Part shown: piece after piece, positions 62,664 to 64,000 of the stretch
Numbering within the stretch: position 1 is the stretch's first letter
How the letters are laid out: each line of letters starts with the position of its first letter
Assembly (NCBI RefSeq): GCF_001194135.2
Contig: NC_068981.1
Coordinates: 131,736,426-131,800,425 of the forward strand
DNA length: 64,000 nt
Origin: Octopus bimaculoides
Taxonomy: Eukaryota
Direction: 5' to 3'
Translations under genes and position numbers: made by a program
The notes under the pieces: model-generated
Database searches by the model: none
The model's input: only the letters and a program-made list of their open reading frames with translations
Told to the model about the DNA's origin: nothing

Positions 62664-64000
62664 ATGTCAGGACCACCAGCTAAGAAATGATGTCATTCAT
62701 CTGAAGAGGTTATTAGAGAATTTCAAAAATATTGGACTAAAAAGTTTGGTATGATTAAGAAAGACAATAAAGCATTATATATTTTCTGTTCCAAAACAGT
62801 TGTTTGTAGAACTTCTTCTGTAAAAAGGCTTTTTGAAAGTGTTCATAAAAACTTAAGCAATAAAACTGAAGAGGAAAAAAAAGAATTAATTTCTCGTGAA
62901 CTCAGCTAATCAAAAAAACAGGCTGATACTTTTATAAGCTTTATCTCAGGCAAGCCCAGTTCCAACTTAGTTGTTGTTAATTTTGAGGTTTCAAAAGTTA
63001 TTGGCCAACATGGAAAGCCACTCAGTGATGGAGAGTATATTAAAGAAGTTTGGCTAGAGGGTGTACCTTTCCTTTTTGACAATTTTTCAGAAAAGGAAAA
63101 GATCATTCAGTGTATTAAAGAATTGTCTGTAAGTAGGAAAACAGTTAAGGATAGAATACTTAAGTTGGAGAATACTTCTGAACAACTGACAAAAAATTTA
63201 TCTTCATGTAAGTTTTTTTTTCTATTTGTATTGATAAAAGTATGGACATTACATCATCAGGTAGGTTAGCCATTTTTTCTCGATTTTGTAAGGGTGATAA
63301 AGTATGTGAAGAGATGGTTGCCCTTCTAACACTGCCTGAACATACTACCGGGGCTGAAATATGTAAAGCAGCTGTGAACGAATTCTCTTCTCAACAAATT
63401 GACATTTCAAAAGTGGTATCCGTCACAACAGATGGTGCCCCCAGCATGACTGATGAAAAAGCAGGATTTGTAAATTTGTTTGCCAAAGAAGTTGGTCATA
63501 CACTGATAGGTTTTCATTGCATCATACATGAGGAGGTTTTATGTGCAAAAGCTGGCCTGAAGGAACTTCAGGAAGTGATGCAGACTGTTACCAAGGTTGT
63601 TAATTACATTTCTGCTTAGGCTTTAAATAAGAGAGAATTTCAAGCTTTACTGAATGAGGTAGAATCTGTGTATAAAGGACTAAAAATGTACAACAATGTT
63701 TGATGGCTTAGCTGAGGTTTGGTTCTGAAATGATTTGTTGAATGCTTAAATGAGATAAAGCTTTTTTTGAATGACCAGCATATTTCTCATCAAGAACTGT
63801 CTGACATCATGTAGGTTTGTAAACTGGTATTTTTTTTCAAATTTTTGTGAACATTTGAATGACTTGAATGTTAAATTACAGGGCTCCCGTATGACACTTG
63901 ATGTTACGTTTGGTTACATAAAAGCTTTTGAAATAAAACTAGAAGTTTTTAAGAAGGATGTGGACAATGAGAGATTTAGATACTTCCCAAACCTAAAGAG
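62664..64000 (+). pseudogene. inactivated hAT transposase (Buster/SPIN/GTF2IRD2-like), runs off the window end
   Basis: Degenerate BED-finger N-terminus; DKSMDITSSGRLAIF, VSVTTDGAPSM, FHCIIHEEVLC and a decayed VRWLSRG motif; several stops and frameshifts. Confidence 0.9.

Overview
Eukaryotic, AT-rich, repeat-dense genomic DNA with N gaps. The repeat families point to an octopus genome (inference). The supplied ORF track is mostly spurious because the genes are spliced. I reconstructed two complete, convergent multi-exon genes by hand: CNOT10 (+ strand, 16 coding exons, 7285-38986, 704 aa) and dysbindin/DTNBP1 (- strand, 7 coding exons, 57180-41852, 359 aa). All junctions are GT-AG and phase-consistent. 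The introns hold RTE-type LINE fragments (one with a PHD-like finger inside the RT region), several tRNA-headed SINE families, two mariner relics, piggyBac-, hAT- and Mutator-like MITEs, old CR1/Jockey-group LINE debris and a dead hAT transposase at the right edge. The best leads are: candidate spliced microexons at the 3' ends of both genes; a CLEAR/M-box cluster just upstream of the dysbindin ATG with a young TSD-flanked SINE inserted beside it; a perfect 130-bp templated inverted duplication in the CNOT10 5' region; and an unexplained CpG-rich structured island in the last dysbindin intron. I found no CRISPR array, rRNA or bona fide tRNA gene, and no clearly new multi-gene system. All alignments and identities were judged by eye.
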